A stretch of 64,000 nucleotides of DNA from a virus (lineage: Duplodnaviria > Caudoviricetes): positions 96,001 to 160,000 of the IMG/VR virus record IMGVR_UViG_3300025012_000029. One strand, 5' to 3'. Numbering within the stretch: the stretch's first letter is position 1; every line of letters begins with the position of its first letter. Below, piece after piece: positions 1-9,702 of this stretch. Both the position numbers and the translations under genes were made by a program. Below the pieces are notes generated by a model. The model was not told the DNA's origin. It saw only the letters and a program-made list of their open reading frames with translations, and ran no database searches.

Positions 1-463
1 CAAATGATGGAACAATAATCCTGTTTTTATATTTGCCTTCAAGACAAACTCCCATTTTCCACCACAAAACATCATTAAAGGATAATCCTCTATTGTAGAG
101 ATATTGGCGAGCATGAATAGTTGCCGGGTGTGGCTTTTTTGAAGTTAGAGTGATAAATTCTTTAGGCAATTTAACTTTTTCTTCAACAAAATTATCTTTG
201 TCCACAATATCAGAAAAATCTACTTTTTCCTCAAATTCGCTCCACGCATTAATTTGTTGTTGATTTCCAAAAGAACGAACGGCAGAAAAAATTGATTTAC
301 CGGAATAGTTGCAGATCCAGCATTTGAAACAATTCTTGCTCAAAGAAAATGAGAGTTTTTTTTTATGATGTTTACATTTGCTACATGTAAAAAGATATTC
401 GCCACCAGAACAATAATAAGTTCCAAATATTTCCTCAAGAATTTGAAGTTTCTTCTCAAGCAC
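1..463 (-). CDS. DNA primase, N-terminal part (runs off window start)
   Basis: Not in the ORF track; translated by hand from GTG at 463: MLEKKLQILEEIFGTYYCSGGEYLFTCSKCKHHKKKLSFSLSKNCFKCWICNYSGKSIF...YLYNRGLS...GKYKNRIIVPSF. Zn-binding CxxC...CxxC motif followed by the primase-type YL.xRG and RI.xP motifs. Confidence 0.75.
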   Translation of the reverse strand, partial: MLEKKLQILEEIFGTYYCSGGEYLFTCSKCKHHKKKLSFSLSKNCFKCWICNYSGKSIFSAVRSFGNQQQINAWSEFEEKVDFSDIVDKDNFVEEKVKLPKEFITLTSKKPHPATIHARQYLYNRGLSFNDVLWWKMGVCLEGKYKNRIIVPSF

Positions 464-471
464 TCTAAACC

Positions 472-500
472 ATACTACACAAAAAAGAAAGATGTGTCAA
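472..500 (-). promoter_or_regulatory. sigma70-type promoter for the primase gene (probably leaderless transcript)
   Basis: Minus strand TTGACA (500-495), 17-nt spacer, TAGTAT (477-472); the GTG start lies 8 nt downstream and has no Shine-Dalgarno. Confidence 0.7.
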
Positions 501-892
501 ACCATAAATGGAACAGCAAGTCCTTCTTTCAAAAGAGCATCATTAATACAAATATCATTTCCATCTTTTTCAACAAACACTTTTGCCAAATAACGCCCAT
601 ATTTATCTTTTTTATCTTTAATAGTTTCTACTCTCAATGGAGCGGAATTGATTTTATCTGGAAATAAAAGAGTTTTGATGAAAACAACAGCTTTGAGTCC
701 TAAAGCTTTTTCTTCAGCTATTTTTGACTTTTTTCCATGCGTTTCTGCCGTATCTATTCCATATAAACGGAATCTATCAACAAAAGATAAACCAAATCCA
801 ATTTCTAATTTTAGCTCCAAAGTATCGCCGTCAATAATTCTCAAACAAATCGCTCTGTATTCATAATAAATCTCAGGATTAACATTTTCCAT
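497..892 (-). CDS. Thermonuclease (SNase-like) family nuclease
   Basis: IIDGDT, RLYGIDTAE, DKYGRYLA and INDALLKEGLA match the staphylococcal nuclease motifs. Confidence 0.85.
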   Translation of the reverse strand: MENVNPEIYYEYRAICLRIIDGDTLELKLEIGFGLSFVDRFRLYGIDTAETHGKKSKIAEEKALGLKAVVFIKTLLFPDKINSAPLRVETIKDKKDKYGRYLAKVFVEKDGNDICINDALLKEGLAVPFMV

Positions 893-1415
893 AATATTTT
901 AAATAGCCAGCTTTAGATACAATAAGCGCGTCGGCCATATCAAAATATTCTGGAGATGGATTTCCATGTTTAGTGAATTGAACAATATCGGCAAAATCGG
1001 GTTCAGTTTTCAATAAATGTTCCATCACGCATTTTTTTGCTTTTTCTCCTCTTGGAGCTATAACACCACACAATTTTCTAGCTGAAACAGCAGGAATAAA
1101 TTCTGGAATTATTCCTGTTTCCTCATAAATTATCCAAGATACGATTCCGTTGAACTTAAGCAACATTGAAATTGTTGAAGCAGAACTTTTCCCAGGTGAA
1201 AACATCATCAAAGCTGATTCAATGAAAACTCGATCAAATTCATAAGTTATATGAAGGTGTCTTATTTGATTTTGAATGTATAAAGCTTTTGAAAACAGAT
1301 CTGGAAACTTAGTTTTATTTTTCAGAATAAAGGCATCAGCCTTTATAAATTTACCATTAGTATTTAATATTGCCCAACCAGTTGTTGAAGTTGATACGTC
1401 GATCCCAAGAATCAT
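879..1415 (-). CDS. ruvC: RuvC-like Holliday junction resolvase
   Basis: ILGIDVSTSTTGWAIL, VFIES and DMADAL supply the RNase H-fold acidic tetrad. Confidence 0.75.
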   Translation of the reverse strand: MILGIDVSTSTTGWAILNTNGKFIKADAFILKNKTKFPDLFSKALYIQNQIRHLHITYEFDRVFIESALMMFSPGKSSASTISMLLKFNGIVSWIIYEETGIIPEFIPAVSARKLCGVIAPRGEKAKKCVMEHLLKTEPDFADIVQFTKHGNPSPEYFDMADALIVSKAGYLKYYGKC

Positions 1416-1432
1416 TTACATAAATATATCAC

Positions 1433-1792
1433 TTATTCATCAGGATTTAAAACAGTACGTTCTTTATTCCATCTCGGAAGACTTCTATATTCAACTGGAA
1501 CACCAAGCTTGTTGGAATGTTCAATTCCGAGCTTCATACCTGGCGAAATTCCCAAGTCATCATAAACGACAGTCTTTTTGGCAACTGTTCTAAACACAAA
1601 TCCTGCTTCGATTCCCAAATTTCGCTCATCACGAATATTATCGTCGAGAACTCCTTCTTGAGTATAGAGAACATGCGATACAAAAGGGGATTCACCCCTC
1701 AAAAGAGAATCTCTCATGGCAGCACGAGCATAACAAAGATTTCTTTGAACGTTGCCAGCGAACGGAGATTCGATCACTACGATTGGTTTCAT
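1433..1792 (-). CDS. Phage hypothetical protein (possible DUF4406/nucleoside deoxyribosyltransferase-like fold)
   Basis: 119 aa; VVIESPFAG, PFVSH and GISPGMKLGIE motifs; AAGGA Shine-Dalgarno upstream. Confidence 0.5.
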   Translation of the reverse strand: MKPIVVIESPFAGNVQRNLCYARAAMRDSLLRGESPFVSHVLYTQEGVLDDNIRDERNLGIEAGFVFRTVAKKTVVYDDLGISPGMKLGIEHSNKLGVPVEYRSLPRWNKERTVLNPDE

Positions 1793-1859
1793 ATTTTTTC
1801 CTTTAAAATCAGAACTGTTTATAACAGTAGCAAATAGAAAAAAGAAAGTAAAGTGAATT

Positions 1860-2996
1860 TTACGTATCTATTTTCATTTTTATACTAAATGAGTCCGTCT
1901 CTCTTTTTCTTATCGGCGAGGCCAATTTAGCAATTGCTATTAAATTTCTATCACGATCATATATTCCAACACGAGACAAATATGTGACATTATCAAAACT
2001 TCCGGTAGGCTCTATAAAATTACTTTTCACAATATTTTTTATTTCTATTTTATCACTTTCTCTATATTGCGTTGAACTAGAATGTGGAGTAATAGATCCT
2101 GTTTGTCCATGTTTGAGAAATGTTGGATTATTTGAAAAATTCAATTGCCCTTTTTGTGCGTGAGCAAACATAGTAATAACTGGAGTAAAAGTAGTTCCTT
2201 CAAAATCAATTTCAAAACTCGACGAAGCCACGTTCGTAAGATCGGCAGGAGTTGCTGAACCCGTTGTTCCAAAAAAAGTCCATCTAGGAGATTTAGAAAC
2301 TGGATCATGTATATCATAGCGTTCCTGATGCGATGGATGAATTGTCCAGCTTCCAGTTAAAGAAATAAATCCTTCTCTGTATAGAACAACACCAGCAACG
2401 CTGCCACTATTAGAATCTTGTGGTAGTTTCTGTCTCAATTCTCCATTGCCCTTATCGTCTGTAAGTTCTGCAGCAAGAGTTCCAGTTACATAAAATTTAC
2501 ACGACACACTTCCTTTTCTAATTGAAGAACCATAAAATATAGATGGAACACCGATCAACGTAATCTCTTGAGAGCTTTTATTCCCCAAAGATGATTCATA
2601 TGTAAAGTGTTTACTAAGAGTTTTATTATTGAAAATATTTCTGAGGGCATCAATATGAGACCGAACAACACCAGCAACATATCTATCAATTGAAATGCCA
2701 GCAGCTAATGGATAAGATCCTGTTACAATATCGCCATAAGAAAAATCAGAATTGAATTCAGAAGTGCTAACAGTTTTAAAAGATGTCAATGACCCGTCTT
2801 TTGTAATAAATGGATAGGTGTTTCCTGCTCCAGGAATTGGATGTAGAAATTCATGTATATCAATTTGTCCATTTGGAACAGTAACGGGCAATTGGTTGTT
2901 ATAGTAAATTTGCCCATCATAAATTTTGAAGTTTATGTTTGGATGGGCTTTAATTTGATTATAAAATATATCGTTTTTACCAAATTTGTGGTACAT
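1860..2996 (-). CDS. Virion tail/baseplate-associated structural protein
   Basis: 378 aa; C-terminal VGIYDRDRNLIAIAKLASPIRK resembles the tail-collar-fibre (DUF3751-like) motif; this C-terminus is paralogous to that of 3298..4386. Confidence 0.55.
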   Translation of the reverse strand: MYHKFGKNDIFYNQIKAHPNINFKIYDGQIYYNNQLPVTVPNGQIDIHEFLHPIPGAGNTYPFITKDGSLTSFKTVSTSEFNSDFSYGDIVTGSYPLAAGISIDRYVAGVVRSHIDALRNIFNNKTLSKHFTYESSLGNKSSQEITLIGVPSIFYGSSIRKGSVSCKFYVTGTLAAELTDDKGNGELRQKLPQDSNSGSVAGVVLYREGFISLTGSWTIHPSHQERYDIHDPVSKSPRWTFFGTTGSATPADLTNVASSSFEIDFEGTTFTPVITMFAHAQKGQLNFSNNPTFLKHGQTGSITPHSSSTQYRESDKIEIKNIVKSNFIEPTGSFDNVTYLSRVGIYDRDRNLIAIAKLASPIRKRETDSFSIKMKIDT

Positions 2997-3004
2997 TACT
3001 GGTA

Positions 3005-3013
3005 ATAAATAGT
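3005..3013 (-). promoter_or_regulatory. Candidate late-promoter motif ACTATTTAT
   Basis: Lies 8 nt upstream of the ATG at 2996. Related motifs occur at 5355-5363 (identical), 27049-27057 (ACTAATTAT), 35856-35864 (AGTATTTAG) and 900-907 (GCTATTTA). Confidence 0.4.
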
Positions 3014-3014
3014 T

Positions 3015-3251
3015 CTAGAACTCTTTTACAAAAACAATATTTCCAAGATCCCAGATGCGATCATACCCATTGTTTTGAAGATTTTCCCATTCTGTTAGTG
3101 ATACATCAAAATTTGATATCACATTCTCAAGTTTATGTTTTATTTTAACTTTTTGTTTGAGAGATTTATATGTGAAGATTTCTTCCAAAAAATAGTCTTC
3201 ATTTTGAAGTGCTTCTAAAAATTTATTTCCATTTGCGTAATTCTTTTTCAT
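3015..3251 (-). CDS. Small hypothetical protein inserted among structural genes
   Basis: The track starts this ORF at TTG 3287, but that TTG is the -35 box of a promoter; ATG at 3251 (MKKNYANG..., 78 aa) is the more likely start. Confidence 0.55.
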   Translation of the reverse strand: MKKNYANGNKFLEALQNEDYFLEEIFTYKSLKQKVKIKHKLENVISNFDVSLTEWENLQNNGYDRIWDLGNIVFVKEF

Positions 3252-3257
3252 ACCTGT

Positions 3258-3287
3258 AATATACCACAGGTTCAGAAAGCTTTTCAA
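3258..3287 (-). promoter_or_regulatory. sigma70-type promoter (leaderless)
   Basis: TTGAAA (3287-3282), 18-nt spacer ending in TGG (extended -10), TATATT (3263-3258); ATG follows 6 nt later. Confidence 0.55.
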
Positions 3288-3297
3288 TGGTTAGAAA

Positions 3298-4386
3298 TTA
3301 ATAATCTAACCTTATTCTTAATGTTAACTCATTTGTTGGGTCTTTACGTAAGGGCTCTGAAAGTTTAGCAACAGCAAGAAGTTCGTTATCTGCTGAGTAC
3401 AAACCGCAAGTTGTTATGTAACTTACGGGCGCATCAAGTGTATTGTTCTTCACAACAATTTTACTACCACTCAGATATGTGGGATTGGCTGAGTAATTAA
3501 AATCATTATTATTAATCCTGCAGAAATGAATCGTCGAATTCAACTCTGTCGTATTATTAAACGATAAATTATACATCCTGTGTCGAAGAGCGTCAGCGGC
3601 GCTAGAAATTGTTGATGTGCGAAATAGAGTATTTACATCTTCTCCAGCAGAATTCATTTGAGCTTTTATTCTCAATTTTCCGTTCGAACCAGTTGTATTT
3701 TCAAAAATAGAGCCAGTAAGAACTGCTATTCCCGCTTGATAAAACACAAGCCCACAATTTCCATTTAATACTGTTGCGCCATAAGAAGCTGAATAAGCTC
3801 CGGCGATGGACGCACTCAAAATTCCATATTCACCTACGGGAGAATTAACTCTAAAATCATTTTGAGCACCAGAATCTGTTATTGTAAACAATGTTTGGAA
3901 TGGAGAAGTCGTTTCATACGTATCAAACGCTCCCAAAACAAGAGAAAATGATCCTTTCTTTATTTCGTCTTTAGAAAGAAGACGTGAAAAGTTTAAGAAA
4001 TAACATTCCTGTATCTTTGTGCCACCAGCAAGTAAATCTCCATCTTCATCCAATAAATTTATACCACCAGTTACATCATGTCCCATCAATATTTGAGACA
4101 TTTGATTATACATGTTTATTTTCTTACTGTTTTGAGAATTAGCACTGCTTGATAAGGCAGAGTTAGAAGAATATCCCATAGTAATATCAAAGATGTGATT
4201 GGAAGAAGCGGAAAGATATGGGTAATCATATACGCTCTGAAAAATTCCGTGAGAATAGTTTTTAATATTAGATTCAGCAGCATATGTTCCAGAAACAATT
4301 GAACCTGTAATAGGAATTGCTTCGTGTAATAGCGTTCTCGTCGAAACGACATCTCCATTAAGGAAGGTCTTAAATACACTGCTCAT
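3298..4386 (-). CDS. Virion tail/baseplate-associated structural protein
   Basis: 362 aa; C-terminal CGLYSADNELLAVAKLSEPLRKD (DUF3751-like); GAGGAG Shine-Dalgarno upstream. Confidence 0.55.
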   Translation of the reverse strand: MSSVFKTFLNGDVVSTRTLLHEAIPITGSIVSGTYAAESNIKNYSHGIFQSVYDYPYLSASSNHIFDITMGYSSNSALSSSANSQNSKKINMYNQMSQILMGHDVTGGINLLDEDGDLLAGGTKIQECYFLNFSRLLSKDEIKKGSFSLVLGAFDTYETTSPFQTLFTITDSGAQNDFRVNSPVGEYGILSASIAGAYSASYGATVLNGNCGLVFYQAGIAVLTGSIFENTTGSNGKLRIKAQMNSAGEDVNTLFRTSTISSAADALRHRMYNLSFNNTTELNSTIHFCRINNNDFNYSANPTYLSGSKIVVKNNTLDAPVSYITTCGLYSADNELLAVAKLSEPLRKDPTNELTLRIRLDY

Positions 4387-4415
4387 CGAGAATCTCCTCT
4401 TTCCAAATCCTATTA

Positions 4416-5327
4416 TTAAATCTTCTTGGCAAACCTTATAGGTATATCTACACGATATCCTGTTGTTGCCCCTGTTATCCTTGTCATAGAATCAATATAT
4501 TTAACAGACGTGCTATTAATGGTTGCTGTAGATCCCAATTGATCAAACAAGAAGTCGCTTGTGTTTAATTCAATTGAAGATCTCAATTTGAATTTCAAAA
4601 TAGTTCCTCTTGGACCTCTGATTGTTTCGGTACCAGAAGATTCATCTCTCACGGTATTTTCTGACACATACGCAGCATCAGTTCCGAGCGACAAATAATA
4701 GCTAGCAATATTATCATCATCAATAAAACTTATACGAGCCTGACTACCATTATTATCAACAACGCTTGCTAATCTATTGTCTATTTCAATAATGTATTGA
4801 GTTTCAATTAAGTCCGCATCAATTACAAAGGAAGGTGAAATTTCAGTTGTATCCAGTCCTTGATCCAAACGAATAATTGAACCTCCACCGTCACCCGCTC
4901 TAGCACCTTTCATAATGCCTCTGTTATTTGCTCCATTTGCCGATTGAATGAGGGCGTCTTCCGTCTCTTCGTCAACAGCAAGAATAAATGCTCCAGAAGA
5001 ATGTCTGGAACTATCTGTTGGAAGTTCATTTAGTTTTATTATTGGAAGATAGAGAAGATTTGTTCTTGGAATAGAAATTAATTTTGACTGCATTGTGGCA
5101 GTATTGTTTGTAAAAGCTTCCAATATTGGAGTTTGAAGAATATCTAAATCATAATAAGCACTACCAGAAGAATGATTCTTGTTGAAATTCCGATAATTAA
5201 TTTCGTCGTCTCCAAGCGCAAATTTTACAATTTTAAAAGATCCATCTCCCTTAGCAAGTCTAAAACGACCAGTATCAGTAATCGTAGAATCTAGAATTAT
5301 GTCCCCGCTGCTATCAATGAATGCCAT
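4416..5327 (-). CDS. Conserved virion structural protein
   Basis: 303 aa; N-terminus IILDSTITDTGRFRLAKGDGSFKIVKFALGDDEINY is of a type I recall from large tailed phages; GAGGAG Shine-Dalgarno. Confidence 0.5.
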   Translation of the reverse strand: MAFIDSSGDIILDSTITDTGRFRLAKGDGSFKIVKFALGDDEINYRNFNKNHSSGSAYYDLDILQTPILEAFTNNTATMQSKLISIPRTNLLYLPIIKLNELPTDSSRHSSGAFILAVDEETEDALIQSANGANNRGIMKGARAGDGGGSIIRLDQGLDTTEISPSFVIDADLIETQYIIEIDNRLASVVDNNGSQARISFIDDDNIASYYLSLGTDAAYVSENTVRDESSGTETIRGPRGTILKFKLRSSIELNTSDFLFDQLGSTATINSTSVKYIDSMTRITGATTGYRVDIPIRFAKKI

Positions 5328-5350
5328 ATAAGTTATTTCTTCTCCTCTTC

Positions 5351-6262
5351 TCAGATAAATAGTACCTTATTACCTTTCTTGGTGTTTTCTTTAGAATCCA
5401 TCGGTCTTAGATTTTCCAAAGACCAGCATTTCAAAAAATTTGGATGGTCCATCGAATCATAAGGAAGAAAACTTTGAGGAATAATATGATCTATGTTCCA
5501 AGTTCTTTTCTCATTATTTAATTTTCCATAATTATCCCAATTCATCCATAACTCAAATTGTTTTTCAATATGTTCTCTCAGTTGTTTTGGCGTATACGGT
5601 AAATACACCCAAATAGAAGAATTATTTTTGCTACCATTATTTTCTTTCAAAACTCTTTGGATAATACTTGAGATGTTATGTGGTAATGGATCTTTCTTAT
5701 GTCTTCTTCTGTCCAATGCTCTTACTTTTTCTCTCCCGATGTCCGAACGTTTATATTCGGCACTTCTTTTTGCTCTGCAATTATTACAGTCGTAAGTAAA
5801 TCCTGTTGGAGAGTATTTATCTTTCGTAAATTCCTCCATTGATTTCTCAATTTTACAAATATAGCATATTTGTTTCTCTGGGGAAGTTTTGTTTTGGGTT
5901 GAATTTTTGTCTCTGCATTTTTTGGAATAAGAAGAACATTTTATTTTATTCTTATTTCTCCATTTTTTATTATATGCTGCGCTTTTTTCCTTGTAAGAAA
6001 ATTTTGCTTTTCTTTGTTCTTTTCGACAAACTTTGCAATGAGGGTCTAGTCCATCATGTCTAGCAGCATTTGGTCCAAACAATGTTTTATCTATAAGGTC
6101 ATCGCACCCGGGACACCATTTTTTATCAGGAGGTAATTCACAACCAAATACTTTCTTGCCTGTGCAGAATTTACACCAAGAATGAAGAGAATTTGGATTG
6201 TCCGAACGCTTACTAAACTCCCAATTCTCCTTTTCTACACGACATCTACTACACTTTTTCAT
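5351..6262 (-). CDS. Free-standing HNH homing endonuclease with tandem Zn-ribbon modules
   Basis: Repeated CxxC...CxxC modules (CSRC/CKFC, CPGC/CKVC, CYIC/CNNC); C-terminal WNIDHIIPQS...ENLRPMDSKENTKKGN. Confidence 0.85.
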   Translation of the reverse strand: MKKCSRCRVEKENWEFSKRSDNPNSLHSWCKFCTGKKVFGCELPPDKKWCPGCDDLIDKTLFGPNAARHDGLDPHCKVCRKEQRKAKFSYKEKSAAYNKKWRNKNKIKCSSYSKKCRDKNSTQNKTSPEKQICYICKIEKSMEEFTKDKYSPTGFTYDCNNCRAKRSAEYKRSDIGREKVRALDRRRHKKDPLPHNISSIIQRVLKENNGSKNNSSIWVYLPYTPKQLREHIEKQFELWMNWDNYGKLNNEKRTWNIDHIIPQSFLPYDSMDHPNFLKCWSLENLRPMDSKENTKKGNKVLFI

Positions 6263-6287
6263 GAACCCAATTCTACTATATTATTAT

Positions 6288-6656
6288 TCAGTATTCAGTC
6301 GTTTTCCTAACCGGATTCCACAAAGTTCCTCCACCAAAACCATGTTCGAGTCCTAAATTCTTTTCTAGTATTAAAATATCGTTGTTATTCTTTGCCACAA
6401 TTGGAAGATCTTCTCTTTTGGTGACAACTTGATACACCTTGAGTATTTTTTTATTATTTTTATCATATGATATTTCTGCATCCCATATTAAGCGTCCTCC
6501 ATTTGTAAAGAACCTTATGAATGGTGCCTGTGTTTTTTCTAATTCACTAACAATAACTGACTCTATATTGGCATCAAATGACTCTTGAGAATTTTCAACT
6601 GAAAATAATCCGTCTTCAACAATCAAATCTTTTGTTATTACATTTTCAACAATCAT
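6288..6656 (-). CDS. Hypothetical protein
   Basis: 122-aa ORF that fills the gap between neighbouring genes on the same strand. Confidence 0.55.
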   Translation of the reverse strand: MIVENVITKDLIVEDGLFSVENSQESFDANIESVIVSELEKTQAPFIRFFTNGGRLIWDAEISYDKNNKKILKVYQVVTKREDLPIVAKNNNDILILEKNLGLEHGFGGGTLWNPVRKTTEY

Positions 6657-6685
6657 ATTATATTATTTCTTCTCTTTCCGAAAGA

Positions 6686-9600
6686 TTATTCAGTCCCTTT
6701 GATATGAGTATGATTGAAATTTACATTAAAGTCAATCTTTTTTCCTGTTCTTTTTGAAGTAACTCTTATTTTAAATGTCTTTCCCCACACAGATTCATCA
6801 GCTAATCCCAAAAAAATGTTATTATTATTCAAAGCAGTTTCTAACCTTTCTCCATTTACTATTAATCCAGATTTCTGCTCATTGATGATTCTTTGATTAA
6901 ATGCTGGAATGATTTTTATCATTTTACGGAAATTCTTAAATGGCGATTTTTGTTCTTCGTCTGTATCAAATTCAACAGAACGAATAATTGGATAAATAGA
7001 ACCATCAGCATCTACAATTTCTAATTCATAGAGAGATGTGGGATTTGATATGTGTCCGTGATTATCAATGGTTCTAAAAATATAATAATACTTCTTATTG
7101 GGAATAATATTATCGATAAAAGATGCTGATGTTGCTTTTTGAACTGTAATTGAATCAATATCTGTTTGAACCAAAGCTATTCTATTGCCAGCAAAATCCT
7201 TGTAATGTTTAGGTTTGCGATTGAGTCTAAAAATTTCAAAAGCGGCGGCGTGATCATCGCTTTCATACTCCAGAAATTCATTTTCTGAAACTTTTTGAGC
7301 TTCTCTCAATAAAGCAATTATGGCTGAATCGGATGGTTCAATTATTATCGGTTCTAATTTGAATTGTCCGATTCCAGAATTGATATTAAATAATATCTGA
7401 TTGTTGATACCTCTATAGGGTATTATATCGACATTAGGTGAGATTGGAGGATTATCCATTATTCGTCCCACAAACTCATGAAAAAGAACTTCTACTAATT
7501 TTAACGTCGGCGAGTTAATAAAATGTATGTTAGCTGTATCATCTGAAATAGATTCAAATTGATAATGATATTTGTTGCCCAAAACCATTTGATAAACAAA
7601 AATTTTATAGCTATATTGTTTATTGTATTTTACTTGAGTATCAATGAATCTCATAATATCAATTCTATTTGAATTCGGAAGGTAAAAATTTTGAATAACT
7701 TCTCCCGTAGCAGCATCTCTTTTCTCAATTCTATAAAAAACACTTTCCGAATAAGACATCTTTCCAGATAATAAATCATGATATTGACGCAAATTATTTT
7801 CCACTATTTGTTTAACTTTTCCAACAAAAATAATAATCAATAGATTTTTAAACAAATCAAACTGAGGATTAGATGTCAATTCTATACTATTGTTTAACGT
7901 CCCAAGAAAAGTTCCATCCTGAAGTGATTCAAACGACCCTACGGGATTATTTTTAATAAGTTCAATCCATGTTGGTATATCCCATGATCTTAAAATTTTC
8001 TTAGAAGAAACTATAGAACGCTGAACTATGCCATCCGTTTGATTTGCGTCTGCTAAAGATTCTTGTACGAGAAGTTGTTCCTGTGGAAGATTGCCCTCAA
8101 TGATGTCTTTAATTAAAAGACTTGATAATTGGGAGTCTTCCAAAACTTGCGCAAACTGAGTTGAATTATCGGAAGTAAAACTTATATCCCAATACATTGG
8201 GAATAATTCTCTTTTTTCGTTAAAATCTTTGAAAAGATCAATATTTTCTATAGGAGTTACGAGATTGGTAAATTTTCGTCTTAGTTTAATTTCTTCCGAA
8301 GGAGCAACCCTCATTAATTCAGCAAAAGCTTGTCCGTATTTATCGAAATATTGTCCCGAATCTTTCTCTCCAATTTTTTCACCTTTATTATTAGTGACAT
8401 CTACAAAAGTATCAGGAATTGTTCCAGCTAATGTAATGTGTTGTTTGAAAATTGTATTTTTCTTATCTGTATTTTCATTTTGTAGTTCTGTGCAAAAAGC
8501 ATACATATTCGGCAGCAATTGCTCTTTAACGTTGATATTTTCCATTGCCGTCTCATAATCATCTATGAAAAAATTATACGTTGGTTGAATATCGATAAAA
8601 AGAGATCCAATTGGAGCGCCCAAAACATCCAATGTTTTTTTATCAAAAGGCACACTCATTTCAAATGAATTATCAAAAAATATTACTCCAGGTTTAACTG
8701 TTGGTTCAACATTCTTAAACGTAGTGGACGGCGCCGTGACAGATAGACCGCGTGGAGATTCTGTTCCAACTCTTTGAACACTTAATCCTTCTTCAAATGC
8801 TCTTAAACCGACATTAGATTGTAAAACGCCCTGATCTGATTCTCTATTAAATTGAGCTGATCTTAACCCAGTCGGACTTGTTGTTGAAACTTGCCTACTT
8901 TGTTCTTGGGGCAGAGGCTGTGTTGTAGTGGTCCTAATTACAGCAGATGTATTAGAAAGTTGACGTTGTTGAATTGCGAAATTTGTATTGCGACGAGATT
9001 GATGTCTACTAACGGCATCATTAGTTTGTTCTGTATCAGATGAATTTAAACTTAGTAGCGCAGGCGTAAATGCTACTTGTACTTGTGGAGGTGCCTCTAT
9101 TATATCTAAATTGGCTAAAGAAGTACTAGAATCAACAGGTTGTAATGTTGGCTGCTCAGGAGGAGTTATTGTGCCTTGTAATTGTAATGGTTGTAATGAA
9201 ACTTGTAATAATGGAGGAGGAGGCAAATCTGAAATGCCTAAAATAAAAGCTTTCCAATATTCTGGATTATAATTTGATATCGTAACAAGAGGATTTCCAG
9301 GAGCAAATTTAAACAATTCCTTATTTGACACCAATGTTAAAGCTTGCGATGTTTCGTGAAATAGCTCTTTATTTTCATCATCTTCTTCCAATGATTCAAC
9401 ATTCATATCAACTCTAATTGAAAAAGCTGCCTTTGGTGGAGTTGTCGTATGTATTGGTAAAGAATCAGGTTTATCTTTCCAATAATTATCAGAACGTCCT
9501 CGAACTAAATCTGCTATTGGAGGTTTAGTGTTTACAAGATTTTGGTTCGATACTGCGTCCTCTACATCTGAAAAAATGTCAGAATTGATTATTTGTTTAA

Positions 9601-9697
9601 TCTTGCCAGCAGCAACCAAATAATTGTGTGTAATTGGCTTTGAAGAAGAAGCTTCTCTTACTTGATTGCCAACATTGATTCGTGTATGACTAGACAT
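6686..9697 (-). CDS. Large putative virion protein with a Pro/Gln/Ser/Thr-rich insert
   Basis: 1003 aa inside the structural operon; C-terminal region looks beta-rich (FIDNIIPNKKYYYIFRTIDNHG). Confidence 0.5.
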   Translation of the reverse strand: MSSHTRINVGNQVREASSSKPITHNYLVAAGKIKQIINSDIFSDVEDAVSNQNLVNTKPPIADLVRGRSDNYWKDKPDSLPIHTTTPPKAAFSIRVDMNVESLEEDDENKELFHETSQALTLVSNKELFKFAPGNPLVTISNYNPEYWKAFILGISDLPPPPLLQVSLQPLQLQGTITPPEQPTLQPVDSSTSLANLDIIEAPPQVQVAFTPALLSLNSSDTEQTNDAVSRHQSRRNTNFAIQQRQLSNTSAVIRTTTTQPLPQEQSRQVSTTSPTGLRSAQFNRESDQGVLQSNVGLRAFEEGLSVQRVGTESPRGLSVTAPSTTFKNVEPTVKPGVIFFDNSFEMSVPFDKKTLDVLGAPIGSLFIDIQPTYNFFIDDYETAMENINVKEQLLPNMYAFCTELQNENTDKKNTIFKQHITLAGTIPDTFVDVTNNKGEKIGEKDSGQYFDKYGQAFAELMRVAPSEEIKLRRKFTNLVTPIENIDLFKDFNEKRELFPMYWDISFTSDNSTQFAQVLEDSQLSSLLIKDIIEGNLPQEQLLVQESLADANQTDGIVQRSIVSSKKILRSWDIPTWIELIKNNPVGSFESLQDGTFLGTLNNSIELTSNPQFDLFKNLLIIIFVGKVKQIVENNLRQYHDLLSGKMSYSESVFYRIEKRDAATGEVIQNFYLPNSNRIDIMRFIDTQVKYNKQYSYKIFVYQMVLGNKYHYQFESISDDTANIHFINSPTLKLVEVLFHEFVGRIMDNPPISPNVDIIPYRGINNQILFNINSGIGQFKLEPIIIEPSDSAIIALLREAQKVSENEFLEYESDDHAAAFEIFRLNRKPKHYKDFAGNRIALVQTDIDSITVQKATSASFIDNIIPNKKYYYIFRTIDNHGHISNPTSLYELEIVDADGSIYPIIRSVEFDTDEEQKSPFKNFRKMIKIIPAFNQRIINEQKSGLIVNGERLETALNNNNIFLGLADESVWGKTFKIRVTSKRTGKKIDFNVNFNHTHIKGTE

Positions 9698-9702
9698 TAA
9701 TA

